64,000 nt of DNA from Verrucomicrobiia bacterium (lineage in GTDB: Bacteria > Verrucomicrobiota > Verrucomicrobiia > Chthoniobacterales > UBA6821). This document shows positions 39,920 through 51,077 of the stretch, one piece after another; the stretch's first letter is position 1; the number at the start of each line of letters is the position of its first letter. The translations under genes and the position numbers were made by a program. The stretch covers positions 11,434 to 75,433 of the forward strand of contig JBEIJN010000006.1 in assembly GCA_040380225.1 (NCBI GenBank), written 5' to 3'. A model generated the notes under the pieces. That model saw only the letters and a program-made list of their open reading frames with translations, searched no databases and was not told the DNA's origin.

Positions 39920-41458
39920 CTACATCAAATGGGCACCTAGTTCAGCCAGTGGGGAGCGCTCTCCCTTGGTGAGCGAGATATGGGTGGTGAGTTTATTGCC
40001 ACGCATCTTATTGCGGGTATGGACGAGGCCGTTGGAGCGCCTGTCGACATACGGGTTGTCGATCTGGGCGGGGTCGCCGACCATGACGAGCTTGGATCCG
40101 CGTGACATGCGGGTGACCACGGTCTTGGCCTCGAGCGGGGTGAGTTGCTGGGCCTCGTCGAGGACGAAGAAGCGGTTGGGGATGGAGCGTCCGCGGATGT
40201 AACAGAGGGCCTCGATCTCGAGGAGGCCTCGCTGCATGAGCTGTTCGTAGGGCTTGAGCGGTTTCTGCTGGCCGGGTGTCCCTGCATCCTGCTGCTGGGT
40301 CACCTGTTTCTTCTGCTTCTTGCGCTCGGAGGCGTGCCGGCCGTTCTCCCCGGAGTGGGGATTGGCGGGGAGGAGGACCTCGAAGGCGTCGTAGATCGAC
40401 TGGAGCCAGGGGTGGAGCTTCTCCTCGAGGCTGCCGGGCAGGAATCCAAGGGTATCCCCCATGGCCACGACGGGGCGGCTGACGGTCATACCGTTGTAGG
40501 CTTTCTGTCCGGTGAGGTAGAGCCCTGCGCCGACGGCGGTGAGGGTCTTTCCGGTGCCCGCCTGGCCGTAGCAGGTGATGAGCGCGATCTCGGGATCGAG
40601 GAGGGCGTCGAGGAAGCAGAGTTGGCCGAGGTTTGCCGGACGTAGCTCGATGCCGCGTGGCATCTGGAGGGTCTGGGGAACCTTGAGCCGCTGGAAGTGG
40701 CCCCCTCCCATGTGGCGGGCGGGCATGAGCTTCTGCTCGGAGGCGGCAAGGAGGACGTATTCGTTGATCTCAAGCTCCCCGGTGCGGCTCGCCTCAAGGT
40801 CGATGCTGAGGGAGCTGCCGAAGCGCTGGAGTTCGTGGGCCTCGACGATGATGCGACGGATCTCACCTTCCTCGGCATCCTCGGCGGAGACCTTGTCATT
40901 GAGGTAATCCTGGCAGGTGATGCCTACGGCCATCGCCTTCAACTGCATGTTCAGATCCTTGGTGACGAGGATGCAGGGGGTGCCTTCCTTCTCCATCTCC
41001 TGAACGGCGAGGCAGGCGGCCATGATCCGGTGATCGACGGGCTCGCGATCGGGGAAGATCTTGGCGAACCGGCGCATGGCGGGGGAGGGCTTCTCCCGGC
41101 GCATGGCGTCGTTCATGAAGATACGGACGGAGCCGCCCCCGGCTGTCTTCACGCCGCGTGTCACTTTTTTCGTCTCGTGGTCGAAGATCTGGGTGAGGAA
41201 GCGGTGGACGGTGCGGGCATTGGCGCCACGCTCGGTCTGCTCGTTCTTGAACCGGTCGAGTTCGGAGAGGACCTCGACCGGGATGAAGAGATGGTTGTTG
41301 TCGAAGCGGTTGAGGCAGTGCGGGTCGTGCAGGAGGACGTTGGTATCGAGCACAAAGTTCTTTACCTGTCCGGCGGCCGCTCCTCGACTCGACCTCGTCG
41401 GGGTGGGAAAGAAAAGGTTCTGTTCCTCGGAGGTCTCCAGCGGGGCGGTTCGGTGCAT
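39920..41458 (-). CDS. PIN-PhoH family protein
   Basis: VLDTNVLLHDP PIN domain; GQAGTGKT, LGFLPG, YIRGRS, DEAQ, GDPAQID. Confidence 0.93.
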   Translation of the reverse strand: MHRTAPLETSEEQNLFFPTPTRSSRGAAAGQVKNFVLDTNVLLHDPHCLNRFDNNHLFIPVEVLSELDRFKNEQTERGANARTVHRFLTQIFDHETKKVTRGVKTAGGGSVRIFMNDAMRREKPSPAMRRFAKIFPDREPVDHRIMAACLAVQEMEKEGTPCILVTKDLNMQLKAMAVGITCQDYLNDKVSAEDAEEGEIRRIIVEAHELQRFGSSLSIDLEASRTGELEINEYVLLAASEQKLMPARHMGGGHFQRLKVPQTLQMPRGIELRPANLGQLCFLDALLDPEIALITCYGQAGTGKTLTAVGAGLYLTGQKAYNGMTVSRPVVAMGDTLGFLPGSLEEKLHPWLQSIYDAFEVLLPANPHSGENGRHASERKKQKKQVTQQQDAGTPGQQKPLKPYEQLMQRGLLEIEALCYIRGRSIPNRFFVLDEAQQLTPLEAKTVVTRMSRGSKLVMVGDPAQIDNPYVDRRSNGLVHTRNKMRGNKLTTHISLTKGERSPLAELGAHLM

Positions 41459-41492
41459 GGTGCGGGTCAGGTGTTAAGGTTGGGGTGACTTA

Positions 41493-41768
41493 GAGACTGT
41501 CTGAAAACTCGGGAGAGCCGCGTTGGCGGGGATTTTTCCGTTGGCCAAGAAGGGAGGAGGGCGGCAATACCCGTGCGGTCTTGTCCCGTCCGATCCGACA
41601 CTGGCCAAAGGGAAAAGCCACCCAACCCTTCGGGCAAGAGCAAGGGACGCTGTCTGGCTGCGTTCCCTGCTCGGTCAAAGCCCGCTGCGGGGATTCTCCC
41701 TCGCAGGTGCCTGACCATCCAGACACCCCTTGCTCTCGCGCGGCATTCCCCAGTTTTCAGACAGTCTC
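41493..41768. mobile_element. 276 bp MITE with perfect 17 bp TIRs and TTA target duplication
   Basis: GAGACTGTCTGAAAACT (41493-41509) and AGTTTTCAGACAGTCTC (41752-41768); TTA on both sides. Confidence 0.85.
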
Positions 41769-41943
41769 TTAAAGGAAGCGCTAGGGCTTCCCTAAACGAA
41801 CCCCTCCAAGGGAGAGGCCGAAAGGGGAACACGGCAGTTGAATCAGTAAGCCGTGAAGACAAGGGGCCGGCACCGGTGAGCCCTACCGGAGTTTCAAACC
41901 GCACCGAATCGCAGTGGCGACGGGTTCGAGTCAAGATGAGCGG

Positions 41944-41972
41944 ATATTCACAGGTTATTCACAGATTCCACA
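41944..41972 (+). promoter_or_regulatory. Three tandem DnaA-box-like 9-mers
   Basis: ATATTCACA, TTATTCACA (exact match to TTWTNCACA) and GATTCCACA. Confidence 0.45.
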
Positions 41973-42123
41973 ACAGAAAAAATGCGCCTTTTTCGACATG
42001 AATCGCAAGTGGCTGGAGGAAAGGGGAAAAGGAACCAAGTGAAAGGGGAGCGAACTGCCCAACAAGCTTCAGCCTTCAGTCTAAAAGTCTTCAGCCTGAA
42101 AGCCTCACCCCTCCCGCTTTTTC

Positions 42124-42555
42124 TCAGCCCATGACGCTGACGACCCAGCCGACGGTGGCTCCGTAGATCATGTGGGCAGCCAGTTGGGCCAACCCTGTTT
42201 CCAACCCTTTCTCGTGATAGCCCGCAACGGGGTGGTGTTCCATGATCATGATACTCACGAGCAGCATGATGATCACGCCGTGCAGGCTGCCGAGGAGAAG
42301 CCCGGTCATGGTATTGAAGGGAAGGCGGGAGAGATTGAGAAAGCCCGCATACAGGAAGGCGAAGAGGATGCCCATGCCGAGATGAACGACTAACCCGCTC
42401 CCGAAAACCCGTTCCTTCCTGCCGGTCATGAGTGCCCCGACGGCGCGGATGACATCAATCTTACCCCACTCCATCCAGCGCGGAATGAGCAGGAAGCAGG
42501 TCATCACGGCGGTTCCGGAAAGACCTCCCATCAGCAGAGGAAACCATGGCTTCAT
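42124..42555 (-). CDS. Hypothetical 4-TM membrane protein with conserved-looking histidines
   Basis: GTAVMT, VHLGMG, LHG, HHP, AHMIYG in a hydrophobic 143 aa ORF. Confidence 0.7.
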   Translation of the reverse strand: MKPWFPLLMGGLSGTAVMTCFLLIPRWMEWGKIDVIRAVGALMTGRKERVFGSGLVVHLGMGILFAFLYAGFLNLSRLPFNTMTGLLLGSLHGVIIMLLVSIMIMEHHPVAGYHEKGLETGLAQLAAHMIYGATVGWVVSVMG

Positions 42556-42680
42556 GAATCACGCTACGGCCGGAGATGCGCCGCGCAAGGAGGAGAGGTC
42601 TACGCATTACCCGTACCTCTTCACGCTGCCTGCTTACCTTTAGCCTTCAGTCTTCGGACTTAAGCCTTTAGTCTCCCCCG

Positions 42681-43994
42681 ATGCATTCTTTCCGCTATGT
42701 CGATGGCTCGCTCAAGTGCGAGGGTGTGGATCTCGATTCCGTGGCTTCCAAGGTGGGGACTCCCGCCTATGTCTATTCGGCCGAGACGATCAGAAACAAT
42801 TTCCGCCGACTCGATGTGGCGCTGGCGCCACTCGGCGACCGGATGATCTGCTACGCCATGAAGGCGAACAGCAACCTCTCCGTGCTGAACCTGCTCGCAA
42901 AGGAAGGTTCGGGATTCGACATCGTCTCGGGCGGCGAACTCTTCCGGGTCCTCAAGGCGGGAGGTCGCGCCGACCGGTGCACCTTTGCAGGTGTCGGCAA
43001 GACTGCTGGGGATATCGACTTCGCCCTGCGCCAGGGGATCTACAGCTTCAATGTCGAGTCGGAGGAGGAGTTGGAGCGCATCAACGAGGTGGCCGGCAAG
43101 GCGGGCCTCGTGGCTCCGATCGCCGTCCGCGTGAATCCCGACGTCGACGCCCCGACCCACAAGTACATCTCCACGGGCAAGAGCAAGAACAAGTTCGGCA
43201 TCGGCCTCGACCGCGCCGCCGCAGTCTACGAGCGCGCCGCATCGCTCCCGCATATAAGGATCCGGGGTCTCCAGACCCACATCGGCTCCCAGATCCTGAA
43301 GGCCCCTCCCTTCGCGGAGGCGGTCCGCAAGCTCACTCCGCTTGTCCTGGAGTTGAAGGCGAAGCACGGGCTGGAGTTCTTCAGCGTCGGGGGCGGTGTG
43401 GGCATCGTCTACCGCGGCGCCCTTGCCAGCGGTGACGCCGCCTGGTGGAAGGGAAGCGGCGAGGAGAGCTTGGAGCTTGATGGTGAACGTTTGGCCCCCG
43501 AGGTCTATGCCGCCGAGGTGATCGATCCGCTCAAGGCTCTCGGGCTCCGCATCCTTTTCGAGCCCGGTCGCTTCATCGTCGGCAACGCCGGGGTCCTCCT
43601 CACGTCTGTGCTCTACCGCAAGTCCACCCCGACCAAGAATTTCGTGATCGTCGACGCCGGCATGAACGACCTGATCCGTCCAGCCCTCTACGAGGGGCAT
43701 CATGAGATCGAGCCGCTGCGCCAGCCCAAGGATGCCACGCTTGAGAAAGTCGATGTCGTCGGTCCGGTCTGCGAGAGCGGTGATTTCTTCGCACAGGACC
43801 GCGAGATTCCCGTGCTCGCTCCCGGCGATCGCATCGCGCTGATGAGCTCCGGTGCCTACGGCTTCGTCATGGCTTCGACCTATAACGCCCGTCCGCTTCT
43901 TCCCGAGGTGCTGGTGGAGGGCGAGAAGGCTACGGTCGTCCGCGAGCGCCAGACCTGGGATGATCTCATCCGTGGGGAAAAGGTGCCTGGTTAA
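42681..43994 (+). CDS. lysA: Diaminopimelate decarboxylase
   Basis: YAMKAN, HIGSQI, EPGRFIV, GPVCESGD, GAYG..MAS.YN. Confidence 0.96.
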   Translation: MHSFRYVDGSLKCEGVDLDSVASKVGTPAYVYSAETIRNNFRRLDVALAPLGDRMICYAMKANSNLSVLNLLAKEGSGFDIVSGGELFRVLKAGGRADRCTFAGVGKTAGDIDFALRQGIYSFNVESEEELERINEVAGKAGLVAPIAVRVNPDVDAPTHKYISTGKSKNKFGIGLDRAAAVYERAASLPHIRIRGLQTHIGSQILKAPPFAEAVRKLTPLVLELKAKHGLEFFSVGGGVGIVYRGALASGDAAWWKGSGEESLELDGERLAPEVYAAEVIDPLKALGLRILFEPGRFIVGNAGVLLTSVLYRKSTPTKNFVIVDAGMNDLIRPALYEGHHEIEPLRQPKDATLEKVDVVGPVCESGDFFAQDREIPVLAPGDRIALMSSGAYGFVMASTYNARPLLPEVLVEGEKATVVRERQTWDDLIRGEKVPG

Positions 43995-44276
43995 ACCCGG
44001 ATTTTGCATTGGAAGCACGCCAACAGATCTGGATGGTTCACCCGGATGCTGAGTCGTCGGATGGTTAAAACCGTTGAAGGGTTGAAACGTTACAACGTGC
44101 TGACAGCAGGCAGTCATTCCACTCTCCTAGCCGCGCCATGATCAGCAAACTTCTTGATGGCGACTTCTCGAATTGAGGTTAAGGGGTTTCCGGATCCACC
44201 TTGTAACCGTGTAACATTTCTAACCATTTTAACTCCCCTTTCCCGGACCTTCGGGTTCCTGATGCAAATTTTGGGT
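43995..44276. mobile_element. MITE with ACCC(G) termini and TAA flanks (IS982-like ends), copy 1
   Basis: TAA-ACCCGGATTTTGCAT ... ATGCAAATTTTGGGT-TAA; contains GTTAAAAC-type inverted arms. Confidence 0.7.
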
Positions 44277-44281
44277 TAAAT

Positions 44282-45244
44282 CTAAGTCCCTCTTTTACCG
44301 CTCCGGAGAATATGCACCGTGATCTCGGGCGGGCAATGGAAGCGCGCGGCGACCCCCGCCGATCCGCTGCCGCGTGAGGTGTAGCCGACCATTCTGCCTT
44401 CACGCCAGGATCCGGCGAGGTGCTCCCTGCGGCATCCTGGAGCATTGCGGTAGATGGGGAAGCCTCCCGGTGCGCAGATCTGGCCACCATGCGTGTGTCC
44501 GCTGAGGTGGAGGCTGTAACCGAGCTTGGCCGCCTCCCGATAGGTCTCGGGCGAATGGGAAAGCAGGATGGCGGGCTCCTGCTTGGGTATGGCCGCCCTC
44601 GCCAGTTTCAGATCGTGCGTGCGGAAGAAATGAGGATCATCGACTCCGGAGATCCAGAGACGCTTTCCCTCGCGCTCGATGGCGACTGATTCGTTCAGGA
44701 GGAAGGGAAGTCCCGCCTCCTCGAGGGGGGCGACCTTTTCCAGGAAGTCGTGGTTGCCAAGGATGGCGAAGCGTACCGGATGAAGTGACGGGAGAAATAG
44801 GAGCATCTCGGCCAGAGACCGGTCGAACGGTGCGCGCACATCGTTGTGGTAGTCGCCGGTCAGGACAACGGCGTCGTGCGGGGTGGAGGCCATCCTTTCC
44901 CCGATCCGTTCCATCACGCGTGTGTCGAGATCACAATGGAGGTCGGCGAGTTGGAGCAGGCGGAATCCCTCGAATGGAGAGGGTAGCCCCGGAATCACCA
45001 CATCGTGTTCCACAACCTGCAGGTCGAGGATGTTCCGGAGGCCGCGTTCACGCAGTCCGCAAGCCGCGACAACTGCCGCAACGCAGGAATTCACGGAGAA
45101 AAAACGCTCCAGCGCAAAGGGGCCGAGGCCCTGAGCCACCTTCCTCCGGACAAGGCGGTCCTGAAGATGGAGGCGGCGGAGCGTCCGTTCCTCACCCAGT
45201 CGCTCCCGAATCCGATCGGGGATGGTGTTGGTCAAAGAGGGCAT
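44282..45244 (-). CDS. Metallophosphoesterase (YkuE-like)
   Basis: DLH, TGDY, GNHD, LSHSP, GHTHGGQ, YTSRG.G; likely start MPSLT at 45244. Confidence 0.9.
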   Translation of the reverse strand: MPSLTNTIPDRIRERLGEERTLRRLHLQDRLVRRKVAQGLGPFALERFFSVNSCVAAVVAACGLRERGLRNILDLQVVEHDVVIPGLPSPFEGFRLLQLADLHCDLDTRVMERIGERMASTPHDAVVLTGDYHNDVRAPFDRSLAEMLLFLPSLHPVRFAILGNHDFLEKVAPLEEAGLPFLLNESVAIEREGKRLWISGVDDPHFFRTHDLKLARAAIPKQEPAILLSHSPETYREAAKLGYSLHLSGHTHGGQICAPGGFPIYRNAPGCRREHLAGSWREGRMVGYTSRGSGSAGVAARFHCPPEITVHILRSGKRGT

Positions 45245-45382
45245 CGAAAGAAGATAAGGCAGAGCCGCGAAATTGCTAATCAGGAACCGGCGGGGATGAA
45301 CAAAGACAAAGGCAAAAAGCAAAAGGAAGAATGAAAAACAGGGCGCCTCGCTGATTGTAGTGGGTTGATTGATCAATGCGTA

Positions 45383-45908
45383 TTTCACGCAACGGGCGCA
45401 AAGGTCGCCAAGGTAGGACCAAAGAGAAGCACTCGCTGGAACGGAAGAGAGGGCTAATGCCATCTCCACTCTTATTCCGGTTGAATTCGCTGGTTCTTTC
45501 GGCGATGGGCGTTGTTGTCATCCCTCGGGTTATCTTCAGATTGATGGCATCCGCCTACCGGCGGACGGTGCCACCTCTTCGAGGCTGCGGCATCAGCCGC
45601 AATCTTCCGCTCCCGTCCCCACGGGCTTGGTTGCCCTCGGTCTTTTGACTCGCTCGCTCCAGGCTCGGCTCGCCCTTCGGGTCCCGCCCTTGCGGGATCT
45701 ATCCAGGCCTTTCCCAAGGCCCTGTATTGCCTAGCCCATCACCAAAATCCCTTCGCCAATTCCACCAGACTAATCATGGAAATGGTATAAATTGGTGTTT
45801 TTTGTAAGCTCCTGAAAAGCGGCCCCGCCAAAAAATCAGCGTCCAGTGACTCCTCGTTGCGAGCGTTGCGTCCTTTGCGTGAAAATCACTCCGTTTCTTT
45901 GCCGAAAC
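45383..45908 (-). repeat. 9-mer-arm element (CGCAAAGG/CGCAACG type) with a nested MITE
   Basis: Arms at 45383-45413 and 45855-45884; 45848-45908 is the reverse complement of the leader at 59950-60013. Confidence 0.7.
45471..45774. mobile_element. MITE-like element with ~40 bp imperfect TIRs
   Basis: TTATTCCGGTTGAATTCGC..GGCGATGGGC vs reverse complement TTAGTCTGGTGGAATTGGC..GGTGATGGGC; multiple internal hairpins. Confidence 0.5.
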
Positions 45909-46085
45909 ATTAAAATAGTGGGAAGCCCCCCAAAAAAAGGCAGCCCGGTCGGGTTTCCGAGTCCTCCCCCGAGATCTCGAAATTTTTTGACGACCGGGCT
46001 GCAACCACAAACCGCATTGATTAAAGCACAGCCCGTGCCAACTCCCAATATACCCTCCGAAGCTGATGGAACTGGTGGTGTGTGA

Positions 46086-48332
<2,247 letters not shown>

Positions 48333-48348
48333 TAATTCTGAAACTCTC

Positions 48349-49605
48349 ATGTCATCGCTTTCCACCGCCGAGCTTTACCGTGACTACGTGATGCCGACCT
48401 ACGGCCGGTTCGACCTTGCTCTGGCATGGGGGGAGGGATCGCGCGTGTGGGATGAGGAGGGGAAGGAATACCTCGATTTCGGCGCGGGGATCGCCGTCTG
48501 CTCCCTCGGCCACAGCCATCCGAAGCTCTCCAAGGCGATCGCCGATCAGGCCGCACGCTTGGTTCACACCTCCAATCTCTACCTCACACGGCCTCAGGGT
48601 GAACTCGCGAAACTTGTCGTCGATCTGGTCAGTCTGGGCGGGAAGGTCTTTTTCTGCAACAGCGGCGCCGAGGCGAACGAGGGTCTCTACAAGCTGGCCC
48701 GGAAATTCGGCGCTCCCACTGGTCGCCACGAGATCATTACGTTCACCAATTCCTTCCATGGCCGGACGCTGGGTGGGATCAGCGCCACCGGCCAGGAGAA
48801 GGTGAAGGCTGGATTTGCTCCCTTGGTGGAGGGATTCGTCCATGTCCCGTTCAATGACCTAGCCGCCGTGGAGGCTGCCATTACCACCAAGACCGCCGCG
48901 ATCCTGCTCGAGCCCGTGCAGGGCGAGGGAGGGATCAATCCCGCGACTCCCGAATTTCTCAAAGGTGTCCGCGCCCTCTGCGACCGGCACAATCTGCTGC
49001 TTCTCTTCGACGAGGTGCAGTGCGGCTTCGGCCGGACAGGTGACTGGTGCGCTTGGAGGACAATCGTCCCCTCCGGAGTCGAGCCCGATGCCGTGAGTTG
49101 GGCCAAGGGGATCGCGAACGGTTTTCCGCTCGGGGCTTTCTGGGCCGGAACCCGGAGCGCCGGATCTGATGCCGATGGCAAGGAACGGGGATCACTCTGC
49201 GACCTGCTCGGTGCCGGCACCCATGGCACGACCTACGGGGGCAATCCCCTCGCCGCAACCGCCGGACGCACCGTTCTCCAAGCGATCGGTGAGGAGGGAT
49301 TGCTCAAGAATGCCAAGGAACTGGGCAATCACCTGATACAGTCGCTGGAGGCGATGAAGCTGCCGGCTATACGACTCGTACGAGGTGTTGGCCTGATGAT
49401 CGGGATCGAACTGAACGATCTCCCCGCCTCATTCGGCGGGGAGGGGCTCCCATCCATCCGCGCCACCAAGGAGCTGATGAAGGCGGGGCTTCTCGTGATT
49501 CCCTCCGGAGAGAGGACGATCCGCCTGCTCCCGCCTCTCAATATCACGAAGGCCGAGGCCGACAAGGCACTGGCCATCCTGAAGAAGGTCCTGGGGGTGC
49601 CTTAG
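48349..49605 (+). CDS. argD: Acetylornithine aminotransferase
   Basis: FFCNSGAEANE, SFHGRT, EPVQGEGG, DEVQCG.GRTG, AKG. Confidence 0.9.
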   Translation: MSSLSTAELYRDYVMPTYGRFDLALAWGEGSRVWDEEGKEYLDFGAGIAVCSLGHSHPKLSKAIADQAARLVHTSNLYLTRPQGELAKLVVDLVSLGGKVFFCNSGAEANEGLYKLARKFGAPTGRHEIITFTNSFHGRTLGGISATGQEKVKAGFAPLVEGFVHVPFNDLAAVEAAITTKTAAILLEPVQGEGGINPATPEFLKGVRALCDRHNLLLLFDEVQCGFGRTGDWCAWRTIVPSGVEPDAVSWAKGIANGFPLGAFWAGTRSAGSDADGKERGSLCDLLGAGTHGTTYGGNPLAATAGRTVLQAIGEEGLLKNAKELGNHLIQSLEAMKLPAIRLVRGVGLMIGIELNDLPASFGGEGLPSIRATKELMKAGLLVIPSGERTIRLLPPLNITKAEADKALAILKKVLGVP

Positions 49606-49632
49606 ACCTCCCTGAGAAGAGCGAAAGATTTC

Positions 49633-49811
49633 GCGCAGAGGCGCAGGGGCGCAGGGGCGCAGGGGCGCAGGGGCGCAGGGGCGCAGGGGCGCAGGGGCGC
49701 TGAGAGGAGAATGCAATTACTGGTCTCAGCAAATTTGTACTGAAAGCAGTGCCGTCGGGGTTATTTTCACTCAACTTCAATTTTTCTCCGCGCCTCTGCA
49801 CCTCTGCGGGG
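49633..49811. repeat. Inverted 8-mer arms with an expanded (GCGCAGGG)7 left arm
   Basis: GCGCAGAG-(GCGCAGGG)7-GCGCTGAG at 49633-49704; CTCCGCGCCTCTGCACCTCTGCGGGG at 49786-49811. Confidence 0.85.
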
Positions 49812-49820
49812 AAAAATTAC

Positions 49821-50663
49821 TTACGCGGCTTTTTTCTTCGATCTGCTGGTTTTTTGGGCCGAGGGAGAAGCTGAGGGCGAGGCTGCAGGTGCGGGGTTCT
49901 TGCTCTCCATGGCAAGCAGTTCGGAGACGGTCACGAACTTGAAGCCCTTCGCCAGGAGGGCGTCGAAGGTTCCGGGCATCGCCTCGATGGTGCCGGGGTG
50001 GATGTCATGGGCGAGAATGATGGAACCCGGCTGAGTTCCGGCGAGGATGCGCTGGGTGATGACCTGGGGGCCGGGTCGCTTCCAGTCAAAGGGATCAACC
50101 GACCAGAGGATGACCTTCATGCCGTATTCCTTCTCGATCGCCTTGTTGAGGCGTGGATTGGTGGCGCCGTAAGGAGGGCGCATGAGGGTGACCGGCTTGC
50201 CTGTGGTCTTGGTTATCGTCGCGGAGGTGTCGGCCAGTTCGTGCTGGAGACCGCCTTCACCCAGCTTGTTCAGCGCCTTGTGATCCCAGCTGTGGTTGGC
50301 GATCTCGTGTCCCTCGGCGAGGGCGCGCGCGATGATCTCGGGATGTTCCTGAGCAAGCTGGCCGAGGACGAAGAAGGTGGCCTTGATGTTGCGCTGCTTG
50401 AGCATGTCGAGCAGGCGCGGGGTCAGCACGGCGCTCGGCCCGTCATCGAAGGTCATGGCTATATAGGGCCCGTCGACGCGGATCGCGGTGTAGTAGGTGC
50501 GCTCTCCGGTCTGGGTGGGAAGCTCCTGAGGTGTCTGCATCGCCATGGCCTGAGGAGAGGCTGTTGGTTGGACTTCCTCGGCGGTGGCGACGGGCTGCAT
50601 CGCAGTGAGCATGACGGCGGCGCAGGCAAGTGCGCCTGCTGAAAATCGGGAAATGGGTTTCAT
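49821..50663 (-). CDS. Polysaccharide deacetylase (CE4), exported
   Basis: Signal peptide; TFDDGP, HSWDH, RPPYG, ILAHD. Confidence 0.93.
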   Translation of the reverse strand: MKPISRFSAGALACAAVMLTAMQPVATAEEVQPTASPQAMAMQTPQELPTQTGERTYYTAIRVDGPYIAMTFDDGPSAVLTPRLLDMLKQRNIKATFFVLGQLAQEHPEIIARALAEGHEIANHSWDHKALNKLGEGGLQHELADTSATITKTTGKPVTLMRPPYGATNPRLNKAIEKEYGMKVILWSVDPFDWKRPGPQVITQRILAGTQPGSIILAHDIHPGTIEAMPGTFDALLAKGFKFVTVSELLAMESKNPAPAASPSASPSAQKTSRSKKKAA

Positions 50664-50756
50664 GGGCATGATCCTGAACAACCTGACACAAACTGCGAAA
50701 GTTGCACGCCCGGATCTTCCCCTGAGTGGCAACCAGGGGCTCCAAGGATTTCTTAA

Positions 50757-51077
50757 ACCCGAACTATGCATTAGGGGCAGGATTCCGGGAGCGGGGAAAG
50801 GGGTTAAAACAGTTAGCCGTAACGCAGGCCGTCAGGCCGAGGCCGGGCTAGCAAAGTTGAAGCGTTAAAAAGTGGATCAAAACTGTCCTGATCTGAGAAT
50901 CGAGTGGGCGAATTCAGAGAACTCGTTACAGCGGAAAGGGCCGAAGAGTCGACGCAAGGTTTCCGATGCAGTCCCTTGTAACCCTTTTAACGCTTTAACG
51001 TTTTTAACTCCCTGAGGCCCCGCCATCTGGGTGAACCATCCACACCTATGTATGCCGCTCTATTGCAAAATCCGGGT
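50757..51077. mobile_element. MITE with ACCCG termini and TAA flanks, copy 2
   Basis: TAA-ACCCGAACTATGCA ... TGCAAAATCCGGGT-TAA; contains GTTAAAAC-type inverted arms. Confidence 0.7.

Noticed and set aside
41915-41936. GGGTTCGAGTC resembling a tRNA T-loop
   Set aside because: No T-stem pairing, acceptor stem or cloverleaf can be formed.
49633-49704. Regular repeat as a possible CRISPR array
   Set aside because: The 8 bp units are contiguous with no spacers, and there are no cas genes in the window.
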